Positions 1-9,945 of a stretch of 64,000 bases of DNA are shown here, in pieces. A program made the translations under genes and the position numbers. Origin of the DNA: Desulfosudaceae bacterium (GTDB taxonomy: Bacteria; Desulfobacterota; Desulfobacteria; Desulfobacterales; Desulfosudaceae); NCBI GenBank assembly GCA_963674745.2, contig CAXXDV010000001.1:1504001-1568000 (forward strand), given 5' to 3'. The notes beneath the pieces were generated by a model. The model was not told the DNA's origin. It searched no databases and saw only the letters and a program-made list of their open reading frames with translations. Every line of letters begins with the position of its first letter. Within the stretch, counting starts at the first letter, position 1.

Positions 1-421
1 TGTCCGTAATATGTTTCTCAATATTAGGGAGGCTTTTAGAAAAATTTTGAACACCAAGTATAAAAAAGGAGGAAGGTCGTTCTTCAATAGTTTTTCCCGC
101 AAAAGTGTCCGAAAAAGTCAGGTGAATGTTACATAGGAAGCTTGGAATTGTTTCTTTAGTCCAATCCTTAGAAGACGTATAAATTCCAATTTCTTTCAAG
201 TGATCATTTTCCGCTTTCTTAACATATTCATCATATGTATGACTCTTATGTATTTTCCTTCTATATTTTTCCACATCAAATTCATGGTAAGCAATAGCCT
301 CAGTCTTTAATGGCATATCTTTGAAGAGACTCACGGAATCTCTAGCGTACTCAATTACTTTTTTAAAGGGTGCAGCGGTATACCATGCGACACAATAATA
401 TTTTGTATCTGAATATCCCAT
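1..421 (-). CDS. Cassette ORF, hypothetical (partial, runs off window)
   Basis: Manual translation from ATG at 421 (MGYSDTKYYCVAWYTAAPFKK...) stays open to the window edge; lies just after the attC at 432. Confidence 0.75.
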   Translation of the reverse strand, partial: MGYSDTKYYCVAWYTAAPFKKVIEYARDSVSLFKDMPLKTEAIAYHEFDVEKYRRKIHKSHTYDEYVKKAENDHLKEIGIYTSSKDWTKETIPSFLCNIHLTFSDTFAGKTIEERPSSFFILGVQNFSKSLPNIEKHITD

Positions 422-557
422 TACAATTTACACCCAACGTCCACGGTGTGGGGCCGCAAGGGGAGGGAGCCACCCGCAGAAAACTCGTTTTTGAATTATG
501 TGGCAAGAGCCAAAACCGGACGCCCCTTGCGGTCCCTTACCAACGTGTTGTTATATT

Positions 558-1070
558 TTAATAGTGGCCTTCTTCTTTGGCCGTTACAATTCGTATCTCA
601 AACGAGTCATAAAGTTCCTGCGGAAATTCTCTTCTAATCGATACCTTAAAAGGGACTTTTTCTTTTGATGGTAGGACAAAACTGTAATTTTCCTCCTGTT
701 CGGTATCAATTATATTTTTATCCTTGTCAAAGAAAATCATTTCAAAATTTGGTTTTTCCCAATTTAGATCGCTATTATTTTCAATCATTCCTAAAATGAC
801 CACTGTTTGCCCGCATTTGGATTCACCGAACTCCATAGTACAATCCTTTAAAACAATTTCACTTCTTACCGGAGCAAAATCCTGACCAGGGCCAAGTGTA
901 TCAATGAAGAATTGTTGGAATAGAAGGTAAAGAACAAGCAATATCGCTACTGTAAAAAATGGATGCCAAATCACCAGGCTAATTTTATTTTGCCAGTGTT
1001 TACAAAAAGGACATTTTTTAGCCTGAACATCTATTTCACTACAGCATATCAAACATTTTTTCTTATCCAT
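558..1070 (-). CDS. Cassette: zinc-ribbon + TM + FxLYD-like domain protein
   Basis: N-terminal CxxC...CPFC, one TM helix, beta-rich C-terminal domain. Confidence 0.7.
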   Translation of the reverse strand: MDKKKCLICCSEIDVQAKKCPFCKHWQNKISLVIWHPFFTVAILLVLYLLFQQFFIDTLGPGQDFAPVRSEIVLKDCTMEFGESKCGQTVVILGMIENNSDLNWEKPNFEMIFFDKDKNIIDTEQEENYSFVLPSKEKVPFKVSIRREFPQELYDSFEIRIVTAKEEGHY

Positions 1071-1207
1071 TCAGAAATATCCTTCATAAAATATAACGTC
1101 CACCGTCACTTGGGAGCAGGGAAAGGTGACTTTTGCAAAGCCACGTTAACACCGAACCTCGATAATTGAAAAGCAGCCCGCCCCTGCGAGTCAAGTGCAT
1201 GGTGTTG

Positions 1208-1528
1208 TTAGGTTCCGTTTTTATTGATTAATTCATTACAAAACTCGATAGTATCAGTTTTGCCTTTCGATTGCAGCCTCGATAATAAAATTGGGCCTTT
1301 GATGAAACGAAAATATAGAAAAATGGTGGTTGTCACCAATGGCCCCAAGAGTAGCGAAAGCAAAAGAATCTCTTTCCAACTTGTCGTTTTATGAGATTCG
1401 GATGGTAAAAGGGAAAACGTAGCGAAAACCAATATAGCTATAGCGCTAATGGTAAAGCATAAGGTGAGAAACCTACGCCATGTCCATCCAAAGATGATTC
1501 TCGCAAAAAATTTTTCCGATTCTTCCAT
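1208..1528 (-). CDS. Cassette: small membrane protein
   Basis: Fills the cassette; two hydrophobic segments. Confidence 0.75.
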   Translation of the reverse strand: MEESEKFFARIIFGWTWRRFLTLCFTISAIAILVFATFSLLPSESHKTTSWKEILLLSLLLGPLVTTTIFLYFRFIKGPILLSRLQSKGKTDTIEFCNELINKNGT

Positions 1529-1707
1529 TCTGGAACCTAACGTCGGCCGCCAATGGGAGCCAGGGCTTCCACTGACTTGCCTTAAAGGTGGTTACTGTTC
1601 AATTCCCCCCGGTTTTTCAAAACCCGAATGCCCTGGCTATCCTTTGCGCGGCTTGGTTATCTTTAAAATATTATATTTTCGGGCAGCCGCTTCTGGAAGA
1701 ATTTTCT

Positions 1708-1992
1708 CTAAAGTTCATATCGTTCATCACACTCATCATTTAACTCGGAATACCTTTTTCTGAGATTTTCCAAACGGCTTTCCAAATCAATTCTTTCGAC
1801 ACCTTTCAAAGGCGGATCTGAATTGAGCTTATCTTGAATGAGCTCCATTTCTTCATAGGTTGCCCGGGCTTTTTGGCAACTTTCTGGCTCTGGTAAACCA
1901 AAAATAATTTCCGTCATAAAACCACATGATGGAAGAGTCAGCAGAGAAATCATAACCAGGACTTTCAATGCTTTTATCAAGTTGCCCCTCAT
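1708..1992 (-). CDS. Cassette: putative lipoprotein (copy 1)
   Basis: Signal peptide with LPSC; identical to 6740-7024. Confidence 0.75.
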   Translation of the reverse strand: MRGNLIKALKVLVMISLLTLPSCGFMTEIIFGLPEPESCQKARATYEEMELIQDKLNSDPPLKGVERIDLESRLENLRKRYSELNDECDERYEL

Positions 1993-2126
1993 ATATGTTG
2001 AAAGATAACGTCCGCCACCACCGGCGAGCAGGGGATGCGGACTTCTTTAAATGTTAGTTCAACACCACACTATGCAAAAACTAAGGCAGGGCGCCCCTGC
2101 GAGTCTGTGTGAGTGGATTTGTTAGA

Positions 2127-2708
2127 TCATCTCCATATTTGATTCTGAATTAATGTGAATACCCACAGAGGGGTATAACTGACAATGTTCGCAGCTAGGA
2201 TCGTTTTATGAATTTTTTTCGGATCAACCCTTATAAGTACTGAAGAACGCTTGGCAAGAAATTCTTCAACAGAGACACTTAAAGCAAAAGCAATTACAGT
2301 CCAGAAGAGCATAGCACATGTCATAAAGATATACCACGATCCTGGTTGCTTAGCTGGATACATCGCTGGGGGGAAACTCCAATAAAAGTTCCCCATAGCG
2401 GCAAGAGATTGTGGTACATCTATTCCGGAGATAGCAACAAGATAGATTATCCAGTAAATCATAAAGAGCATGACAGGAAAACCAATGAGAGTTGTAACTA
2501 CATTCCATTTGAGGGAATTGATAAATGACTTTTTCCAGCCTATCCGCAGGGTGTATTGGATCACAAGACATTCAAGCAGAATTAATCCTGGAAAATAAAG
2601 AATAATTTCAATCCCAACAGTAGGCGCAATAGGAACACCAACGTTAGCGCATGCTTCTACGGGAAATGCAAACAAAGCAAAAAATATTATGGTCCATTTT
2701 CTTTTCAT
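2127..2708 (-). CDS. Cassette: multi-pass membrane protein
   Basis: Signal peptide plus several TM helices; fills the cassette. Confidence 0.8.
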   Translation of the reverse strand: MKRKWTIIFFALFAFPVEACANVGVPIAPTVGIEIILYFPGLILLECLVIQYTLRIGWKKSFINSLKWNVVTTLIGFPVMLFMIYWIIYLVAISGIDVPQSLAAMGNFYWSFPPAMYPAKQPGSWYIFMTCAMLFWTVIAFALSVSVEEFLAKRSSVLIRVDPKKIHKTILAANIVSYTPLWVFTLIQNQIWR

Positions 2709-2716
2709 GATCTAAC

Positions 2717-2932
2717 GAGTCTGTAGGAAAAGTCTATTTTCGATAAATTTTATCTTTTTTCAGAAAAACACCTTCGTAGAATATATTTTATACTAAAACA
2801 TAAAATCCTTGCAAACCATCTATTTTAGATGGCTTCACAGAGATCATACAAAATCTTATATAACTTTCAGGTTTTCAAAAATTGGCGGCAAAACCCTATG
2901 TTTTACTCAAATTTTACTTTTTCTACAGCCTC
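2717..2932. mobile_element. 216-bp MITE inserted in an attC R' core site
   Basis: 17-bp terminal inverted repeats GAGTCTGTAGGAAAAGT / ACTTTTTCTACAGCCTC (2 mismatches); AAC direct repeats at 2714-2716 and 2933-2935; no ORF. Confidence 0.85.
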
Positions 2933-3070
2933 AACGTCTCCAGCCAGAGGGCGCCAGGGATTCCACTGACTGTCTTAAAGTTGGTGAATGTTAAATCCCC
3001 CCGGTTGTCCAACAAAGCCCGCCCTGGCGGTCCTGCTGGGCTGGATTGTTATGATTTAGGATATTATTTT

Positions 3071-3415
3071 TCAATCCACCCATTCAACTTTTACTTTAGT
3101 TCCTCTAAGACCTTCAAAAAACCCGCCGACTAAGGCCCATGCGGTTTTTTGGTTCCCTTGTCTTGTTTTAACTTTTATCCAAAAAATTCGTTGTCTCCAA
3201 ACAAGTTTAAAAAAAAATGGATTCATTTTTAATCTTGGATATTTGAAGTCTATTAAAGCATATCCATTATTACTTGCCCAGATTTCGAGTATTTTTTTAC
3301 CCTTTTTCGAGTTATAATAATGTTCAAATATAAACAATATAAGGAGAATAGATATCGGAACATTACATAATGATAGTAATATTAAAAGATCATTGTTCAT
3401 ATGCAGAAAAATCAT
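3071..3415 (-). CDS. Cassette: membrane-anchored hypothetical protein
   Basis: Fills the cassette; N-terminal TM; start may be at 3400. Confidence 0.75.
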   Translation of the reverse strand: MIFLHMNNDLLILLSLCNVPISILLILFIFEHYYNSKKGKKILEIWASNNGYALIDFKYPRLKMNPFFFKLVWRQRIFWIKVKTRQGNQKTAWALVGGFFEGLRGTKVKVEWVD

Positions 3416-3544
3416 AACGGCGGCAGCCAGAGGGAGCCAGGGCTTCTTCCGACTGTCTTAAAGATGGTTAAAGTTCAGTTTTCCCAGAATGCTCAGAACC
3501 CGGGTGCCCTGGCTATCCTTTTGCGCTGCCTTGTTCTGCAATCA

Positions 3545-4114
3545 CTAATCCCACCAAAAATGAATCATGTTTTCTTTCAAAACTGGCTGCAGAAGTGGAC
3601 TCGTTCCATCCCACTCGGAAATGTATAAGTCGAGCCCTGCCTGCATCTGAATGTCTGCTGGGAACAGCCTTTCGATCTGGCGGACTTCGCCGTCGGTGAT
3701 CTTTCGCTCGAATTTAAGTTTCAATCCCGCTGGATCAGCGAACGTTACACGACAGGGAATCATGGCTGCAATGGCTTCGGTTTTCTCCGCGACAAGATTA
3801 ATAGTGGCATTTTGATCGTATCCATAGCTCTGGGCGCCATGAGAGCCGACCCGGAATAGGCGTACTACATTGCCTACCTTCGTATCCACAGGCATAGAAT
3901 ATAAACGATGCCCTGTATCTCCATCAAGGAGGCCATAAAACTGGACCTTCTCACTATCGGGTGATCTGGGGGGATCACTGTATATCTCTTCATGAGTGAC
4001 AGGAGCACCTATGGTCCAGCCGGGTGGCAGTGCAGAAGTATTCATCTTATTCGCCTGTTCATGGTTACATCCAAATGCAAGGATGAACAACAATATTGTG
4101 AAAAATATTCTCAT
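3545..4114 (-). CDS. Cassette: lipoprotein with DUF4253-like C-terminus
   Basis: MRIFFTILLFILAFGC lipobox; ends in HFWWD. Start corrected to 4114 because the track start lies inside attC. Confidence 0.7.
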   Translation of the reverse strand: MRIFFTILLFILAFGCNHEQANKMNTSALPPGWTIGAPVTHEEIYSDPPRSPDSEKVQFYGLLDGDTGHRLYSMPVDTKVGNVVRLFRVGSHGAQSYGYDQNATINLVAEKTEAIAAMIPCRVTFADPAGLKLKFERKITDGEVRQIERLFPADIQMQAGLDLYISEWDGTSPLLQPVLKENMIHFWWD

Positions 4115-4254
4115 GATCTCTTGCAGAACGTCCGCCACCACCGGCGAGCAGGGTTTGCGGACTTCGCTAAAGGAAGTTTAACTCTAAATTACGCCAAAAC
4201 TAAGGCGGCCCGCCCCTGCGAGTCCGTGTGAGTGGCGTTGTTATGTGCCTCTAA

Positions 4255-4593
4255 TCATTCGTATTTCTTATATGCACTCCAATGCGTATCACAATTCAAG
4301 CATTTGCTATGGAAAACGCCTAAATATCTCCAACTAAAACCGAATAATTCTCCACAGACAGGACAAGTACTGTATTTACTTGCAAGGCTGGAAATGAACA
4401 GCGCTACAAGATATGGCAAAAAAAATATAGCCATGATTATTCCAAAGTAGAATCCATTGAAAAGGATATCGCTAAATAATGCCACAATAATAAAATACGG
4501 GAATGTGCAACCAGCAAGAATCCAGTTGGTTTTTCTCGCAAGCCTTATTTTTCGTAGTTCCTTTGCAATTTTTCTATTGTCTTCTTCACCCAT
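4255..4593 (-). CDS. Cassette: membrane protein with C-terminal zinc ribbon
   Basis: Two TM segments then CPVC...CLNC; start corrected out of attC. Confidence 0.75.
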   Translation of the reverse strand: MGEEDNRKIAKELRKIRLARKTNWILAGCTFPYFIIVALFSDILFNGFYFGIIMAIFFLPYLVALFISSLASKYSTCPVCGELFGFSWRYLGVFHSKCLNCDTHWSAYKKYE

Positions 4594-4746
4594 TATTCTT
4601 TGGCACATAACGGCGGCCGCCAATGGGAGCCAGGGCTTCCACCGACTTGCCTTAAAGATGGTTTATGTTCGTTTCCCCCGGAATCTCAAAACCTGACTGC
4701 CCTGGCTCTCCTTTGCGCGGCCTGGTTATAAACGAAAATTAATTTT

Positions 4747-5013
4747 TTAAAAAAATAGACATAATAAAATTATTGAAATAAATACGAATAACATACCATA
4801 TTGTATAATAAAAATGTCATCCTTTTTGGGAGCCGAAGCTCGCCTCATTATTATGATCGCAATAAACCCCCAATGAACAAAGACCAAAAGCAAACAAGCT
4901 CGAAATACCTGCCCTCCATCAAGAATCAAACTGGATAGAAATAAAACAAGCAATTGCCATATGATGGCTGAGAAAATTGATTTCTTTAATTCTGGTGAGA
5001 ATATTAACATCAT
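4747..5013 (-). CDS. Cassette: small membrane protein
   Basis: Three hydrophobic segments; fills the cassette. Confidence 0.75.
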   Translation of the reverse strand: MMLIFSPELKKSIFSAIIWQLLVLFLSSLILDGGQVFRACLLLVFVHWGFIAIIIMRRASAPKKDDIFIIQYGMLFVFISIILLCLFF

Positions 5014-5078
5014 TGTTTATGTTTATAACGTCGGAAGCCAGAGGCAGCCAGGGCTTTCTCGGACTGCCTTAATGATGA

Positions 5079-5672
5079 TTAATGTTCATTTCCCCCAGGT
5101 TGCTCAAAATCCGACTGCCCTGGCTGTCCTTTCTGAGCTTCCTGGTTAGATGATTCTATCTTTTTAAAAGTCTCGTCGTATTTACCGAGAAAGCCTATTA
5201 CCTTATCTGGACCTATTATCAATATAGTTCCTATGATAAGTTTTATAATTGGTCCTATGAGATAAGTCCATCTGTGTTCCACGCCCCTGACGTGCACTGG
5301 CACCTCATTAATGGTTTTATAGTATAGACCGATATCTATTGACAGTTGAATAAACTGTGGAATCGCCTGAGAAAAAATAAAAATCCCTAAAACCAATAAT
5401 GCAATTCGTGTCGTTTTTTCAGAGGCAGTTATATGCATGCTGCCTTCCTCAGCCTCGCTAAATTCGATTATAAAGGTACTCATTCTTGGAGCAAAAATAT
5501 AAAGTAACAGGCCGCAGGCAATCAATATGAAAGGGCTTACAAGAAGGTAAGGATATGAGCTTGATGATTCTATGAACATCGAAGTGACATGCGGCAACGA
5601 ACTCAACCCTTGAACCCCAAAAAAGATTCCAAGAAGCCGTAAACATAGTGTAACAAAATTATTCTTTTTCAT
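5079..5672 (-). CDS. Cassette: 4-TM membrane protein whose reading frame runs into its attC
   Basis: Stop codon at 5079 lies inside attC 5023-5151. Confidence 0.8.
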   Translation of the reverse strand: MKKNNFVTLCLRLLGIFFGVQGLSSLPHVTSMFIESSSSYPYLLVSPFILIACGLLLYIFAPRMSTFIIEFSEAEEGSMHITASEKTTRIALLVLGIFIFSQAIPQFIQLSIDIGLYYKTINEVPVHVRGVEHRWTYLIGPIIKLIIGTILIIGPDKVIGFLGKYDETFKKIESSNQEAQKGQPGQSDFEQPGGNEH

Positions 5673-5827
5673 TTGTTTGCTCTTCTATATTCATCTAACG
5701 GCGGCCGCCAATGGGAGCCAGGGCTTCCACTGACTTACCTTAAAGATGGTTATTGTTCGTTTTCCCCCGACTCTTCAAAAACCGACTGCCCTGGATCTCC
5801 TTTGGGCGGCCTTGTTATACCCTAACC

Positions 5828-6151
5828 CTACATCTTCATTACATCTACTAAATCTTGCATCCGTTCTTTGATACTTTCGTCGACTTCGTCTATTGAAATC
5901 ACGCCCCGGACGATTCCAAAGCCTACTGTGATAAACGGATTATTCAAAGTATAATTTTTGTGTAAGAATCTTGCTTTATCATGATGGTATTCGTGAATAA
6001 ATTTATCAAGATCCCAAACAGTGATATCCTTTTTTCGCCATGCATCAAATTTTTCGGCTAATTCTTCCTGACATTTCGCCAAGTCTTTTTCATAGGCTAT
6101 TTCTGTAAGTTCTCTGAGCTGTCTTTTTTGTTTTTTTGTTAATTGTTCCAT
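5828..6151 (-). CDS. Cassette: hypothetical helical protein
   Basis: Start corrected to MEQLTKKQ at 6151; the track extension reads through attC. Confidence 0.8.
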   Translation of the reverse strand: MEQLTKKQKRQLRELTEIAYEKDLAKCQEELAEKFDAWRKKDITVWDLDKFIHEYHHDKARFLHKNYTLNNPFITVGFGIVRGVISIDEVDESIKERMQDLVDVMKM

Positions 6152-6169
6152 AAATTCTATTGGGTATAA

Positions 6170-6572
6170 CGTCTGCAGCCAAAGTAGCCAGGGCTTCCAG
6201 TGACTGACTTTAAGGTGGTTGATGTTCAATTTCCCCCGAATGTTCAAAAGCCGAATGCCCTGGCTATCATTTGGGCTGCTTGGTTAAGTGCCCGCATTAT
6301 TGAGAAAGACTTTAACGACAGCATGGGCAAATAAATTAAAATGATATTTTTCTTTTTACGCCTTGTCCATCATGAACTTATGAAAACGGGTAGGTCTCTT
6401 TTCATCCGGACAAATAAAGGCGCAAAATCAAACAGTCCCGCCAGATCAAAATACAGCTTATCTTTACTGATTGAAAATATCAATCTAGTGACAATTTCCA
6501 TAGTGGCAACGAAGATCATTTTTCGTCAAAATTCTTTTTTTATTTTTTCCCGTACAGATTAAGTGCACTTAA
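6170..6572 (-). mobile_element. ORF-less cassette, family A (copy 1 of 7)
   Basis: 403-bp unit with its own attC and no sense-strand ORF; hairpin core at 6359-6422. Confidence 0.9.
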
Positions 6573-6739
6573 CGTCGGCCGCCAATGGGAGCCAGGGCTT
6601 CCACTGACTTGCCTTAAAGGTGGTTACTGTTCAATTCCCCCCGGTTTTTCAAAACCCGAATGCCCTGGCTATCCTTTGCGCGGCTTGGTTATCTTTAAAA
6701 TATTATATTTTCGGGCAGCCGCTTCTGGAAGAATTTTCT

Positions 6740-7024
6740 CTAAAGTTCATATCGTTCATCACACTCATCATTTAACTCGGAATACCTTTTTCTGAGATTT
6801 TCCAAACGGCTTTCCAAATCAATTCTTTCGACACCTTTCAAAGGCGGATCTGAATTGAGCTTATCTTGAATGAGCTCCATTTCTTCATAGGTTGCCCGGG
6901 CTTTTTGGCAACTTTCTGGCTCTGGTAAACCAAAAATAATTTCCGTCATAAAACCACATGATGGAAGAGTCAGCAGAGAAATCATAACCAGGACTTTCAA
7001 TGCTTTTATCAAGTTGCCCCTCAT
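6740..7024 (-). CDS. Cassette: putative lipoprotein (copy 2)
   Basis: Identical protein to 1708-1992. Confidence 0.75.
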   Translation of the reverse strand: MRGNLIKALKVLVMISLLTLPSCGFMTEIIFGLPEPESCQKARATYEEMELIQDKLNSDPPLKGVERIDLESRLENLRKRYSELNDECDERYEL

Positions 7025-7158
7025 ATATGTTGAAAGATAACGCCCGCCACCACCGGCGAGCAGGGTTTGCGGACTTCTCTAAAGTGAGTTCAACTCCAAA
7101 TTACGCCACAACAAAAGCCGCGCGTCCCTGCGAGTCCGTGTGGGTGGCGTTGTTATCT

Positions 7159-7398
7159 CTAAATGTTATGCTTTTTTTTAACTTCTGAGATTCTATCCCA
7201 AACTGCTTTTGAAACTGAATCTTGGGATACTTGATCGAAAATGTTATTTAGTACCCGTTTTTCATCATCATCAATAATATTATCGGCCATTGCTAATCCA
7301 AGCAGATAATTGATTTCTCCAATATCCAGCGTACCATCATCAGTGAAACATTTAATAGAGTCGAGGGCAATTCTTAAATGACTTTCAAGTGGTGACAT
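7159..7398 (-). CDS. Cassette: small TerB-like protein (copy 1)
   Basis: DDGTLDIGE and AMADNIIDDDE motifs; purine-rich RBS-like tract before ATG 7398. Confidence 0.65.
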   Translation of the reverse strand: MSPLESHLRIALDSIKCFTDDGTLDIGEINYLLGLAMADNIIDDDEKRVLNNIFDQVSQDSVSKAVWDRISEVKKKHNI

Positions 7399-7448
7399 TT
7401 GATTGTACCTTTCTCTCCAAGAGGGTTGTCGGTTAAAGCGCACTTAAT

Positions 7449-7477
7449 ATTATAAGAGAGATAACGTCTGAAGCCAA
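7449..7477 (-). promoter_or_regulatory. Candidate hybrid sigma70 promoter spanning an attC junction
   Basis: TTGGCT (in the neighbouring attC, 7477-7472), 17-bp spacer, TATAAT (in the cassette, 7454-7449); same arrangement at 15573-15601. Confidence 0.5.
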
Positions 7478-7578
7478 TGGCAGCAAGGGTTTCCACTGAC
7501 TTGATTAATGTTGTTTGCTGTTCAATCACCCAGCATGTTCAAAAACCGAGTGCCCTTGCTGTCCTTTGAGCTTCATTG

Positions 7579-8157
7579 TTAGTTTTCTATATCCAATAAT
7601 AGCCACTGGTTTAATTCATCATAACCTTTTACATATGTACGAACATCAATATTTAAGCGATTCCCAAATGCTGCAGTATATTTTTTATAGTCTATTATGC
7701 CAAAAAAGAGGTTGTTTATATTGATAATTACTCCTTGTGGGTAATAAACACACGACCTTCCCAAAACCGCTTTTTGTAGGGGATTATTTTCTTTAAAAAG
7801 TTTCCATTCATTTATCGTAGTGTTTAAATATCTGTTCCACTCAAAATCAAATTCTTCTTTTGTTATCTCTGGGACTTCTTCTGATGGAGCAAACTCTTGA
7901 ATAGGTTGATCGCATATACTTGGATGTGGCAACCAATCGGTTGAAGCCTTGTCATTCCTTTGAGCGGGGTTATCAATAACTGTAAATTTCTGTTCATGTT
8001 TTGTTATTCGGTTTGATGCAATATACTTTTCTCCATCAACGTCTAATTGTCTGAACACTATCAAATCAGTTTGTATATATTGCGCCTCCAGGAAACAAAA
8101 ACCACCTCCCAAAGGGCCTTCTTCATTTGAGTGTTTGAAATAATATGACCTATTCAT
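7579..8157 (-). CDS. Cassette: hypothetical protein
   Basis: 192 aa; stop codon in the R'' box. Confidence 0.8.
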   Translation of the reverse strand: MNRSYYFKHSNEEGPLGGGFCFLEAQYIQTDLIVFRQLDVDGEKYIASNRITKHEQKFTVIDNPAQRNDKASTDWLPHPSICDQPIQEFAPSEEVPEITKEEFDFEWNRYLNTTINEWKLFKENNPLQKAVLGRSCVYYPQGVIININNLFFGIIDYKKYTAAFGNRLNIDVRTYVKGYDELNQWLLLDIEN

Positions 8158-8305
8158 AGGTAACTCCGAAAACTAACGTCTTCAGCCAAAGGGCGCCAGG
8201 GCTTCCCCCGACTGACTTAAAGTTGTTTTATGGTCAATTTTTTTCGGATATTCAAAATCCGAATGCCCTGGCGATCCTCTTGCGCTGAATTGTTCGGTGC
8301 CGATT

Positions 8306-8716
8306 TTAGTTTCCGAAAAACAGCTCTTTTGTCTCATAAAGCTTAGAACTATGTTTCCATCCAGACTCATGAGGTGGATCAGGGAAAGGGGCCTTTGCAT
8401 AACCACAAGATTCCTTGAAATTAAATACAGCATGTGGAACTTGATTGATCAATAAGGCTGCTGCAGAAAAATCCCTCGTCCATATAATTTTAATCATGGA
8501 TGGTTTATCTCGGTCTATTACATCCTTAACATTGTATATATGTAGAGCATCTACGAAAAATTGATCAGGGAGAGAATAATCTCGCGCATAAAAATAGCCT
8601 GTCTCACCATCATCTTCAAAAACAACTCCACGAATCCCATCAGATGTATCCGATTCAAGGACGATTTCTTCCCCGACCACGATTTTTTCTTCTACACCCA
8701 AAAATGGTGGCTTCAT
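8306..8716 (-). CDS. Cassette: DUF2251 family protein
   Basis: VVFEDDGETGYFYA and DALHIYNV motifs. Confidence 0.85.
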   Translation of the reverse strand: MKPPFLGVEEKIVVGEEIVLESDTSDGIRGVVFEDDGETGYFYARDYSLPDQFFVDALHIYNVKDVIDRDKPSMIKIIWTRDFSAAALLINQVPHAVFNFKESCGYAKAPFPDPPHESGWKHSSKLYETKELFFGN

Positions 8717-8876
8717 ATTTTATGCACCGAACGTCGGCAGCCAAAGGGCGACAGGGCTTCCACTGACTTGCCTTAAAGACGGTTAATGTTCATTTTCCCC
8801 CGAATGTTCAAAAGCCGAATGCCCTGGCGATCCTCTTGCGATGCCTTGTTATGTGTTTACGTTTTTTTTCTGTATC

Positions 8877-9227
8877 TTATGTCTCTTTATTCGAGGAATA
8901 GTTTTTAGTAACAATAATATTTATTATCAGCACGATAATTACAAAGACCGTAAAACAAAAATAAATTATAAACAAAGAAACAGAAGCTTTTTCGGAGATA
9001 TCTTGCACTTTCGAAATATCTTTTAAGACCCCAATAATTTTTATGGGGTCTGTTGTGTTATCAATCTCAGAACTTAAATCAGAAACTAAGGAGCTGGTCT
9101 GTGTACTTGGCATCCCCATAAAAACATAATAAAGAACTAATACTGATACAATCAAACCGATAATATTGATACCAGATAGCCAAGATAAATCTTTTCTTTT
9201 TTTCACATACCACCTCCGTACTTTCAT
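8877..9227 (-). CDS. Cassette: 2-TM membrane protein
   Basis: Fills the cassette. Confidence 0.75.
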   Translation of the reverse strand: MKVRRWYVKKRKDLSWLSGINIIGLIVSVLVLYYVFMGMPSTQTSSLVSDLSSEIDNTTDPIKIIGVLKDISKVQDISEKASVSLFIIYFCFTVFVIIVLIINIIVTKNYSSNKET

Positions 9228-9357
9228 ACCTATGTTGACACATAACGTCCGCCACCACCGGCAAGCAGGGTTTGCGGACTTCGCTAAAGTGAGTTCAACA
9301 CCAAACTATGCCAGGACAAAAGCAGCCCGCCCCTGCGAGTCCGTGTGAGTGGCATGG

Positions 9358-9789
9358 TTATGTAACTGAATTCAATTCTTTTTTCTTCCTTCTTGTAAAA
9401 AATCCAAATATCATTCCCGCAAACATTAATATAATTCCAATAATGATAAGGATTCTCGATACAGAAAAACCTGCTATTATAAACCCAAATGCTGCTGTAT
9501 ATAGTAACCACGACGATAACGACCAAACAGCAATCGTATTTTCCTGTTTAGAGTATTTGAGGCCCTGTTTTTCTGAAGTTTCTGGTTCCAATATCTTTTG
9601 TGCCAGATTTGTATCACTTTCACAGACCTTGAGCTTTACACCATGTATAGACTGCATTATAGGATACGCTCCACCACAATCATCTTTCACAATAAGAGAT
9701 TTGATACCTGAAACCTCAAGTTTACCTTTCGCAATTTCTGCTTCCAGATTAGAAGAAAAGGATTTTATAGTGACAAGGTCTTTTTGCAT
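9358..9789 (-). CDS. Cassette: DUF2007-domain membrane protein
   Basis: FSSNLEAEIAKGKLEVSGI motif plus two C-terminal TM segments. Confidence 0.8.
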   Translation of the reverse strand: MQKDLVTIKSFSSNLEAEIAKGKLEVSGIKSLIVKDDCGGAYPIMQSIHGVKLKVCESDTNLAQKILEPETSEKQGLKYSKQENTIAVWSLSSWLLYTAAFGFIIAGFSVSRILIIIGIILMFAGMIFGFFTRRKKKELNSVT

Positions 9790-9945
9790 GTTTCAATCAA
9801 TTTTGCGAGAAGTTACATAACGTCTGAAGCCAATGGCAGCGAGGGCTTCCACTGACTTAATTAAAGATTTGGGTTGTTCAGTTTCCCCCGTATGTTCAAA
9901 ACCCGAGTGCCCTCGGTGTCCACTTGAGCTTCTTGGTTAGGCTTT

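Noticed and set aside
6341..6562. 73-aa plus-strand ORF in family A cassettes (also at 17271, 19692, 25441)
   Set aside because: Antisense to the array, no RBS, and the C-terminal frame and length change in the 16865 and 25844 variants.
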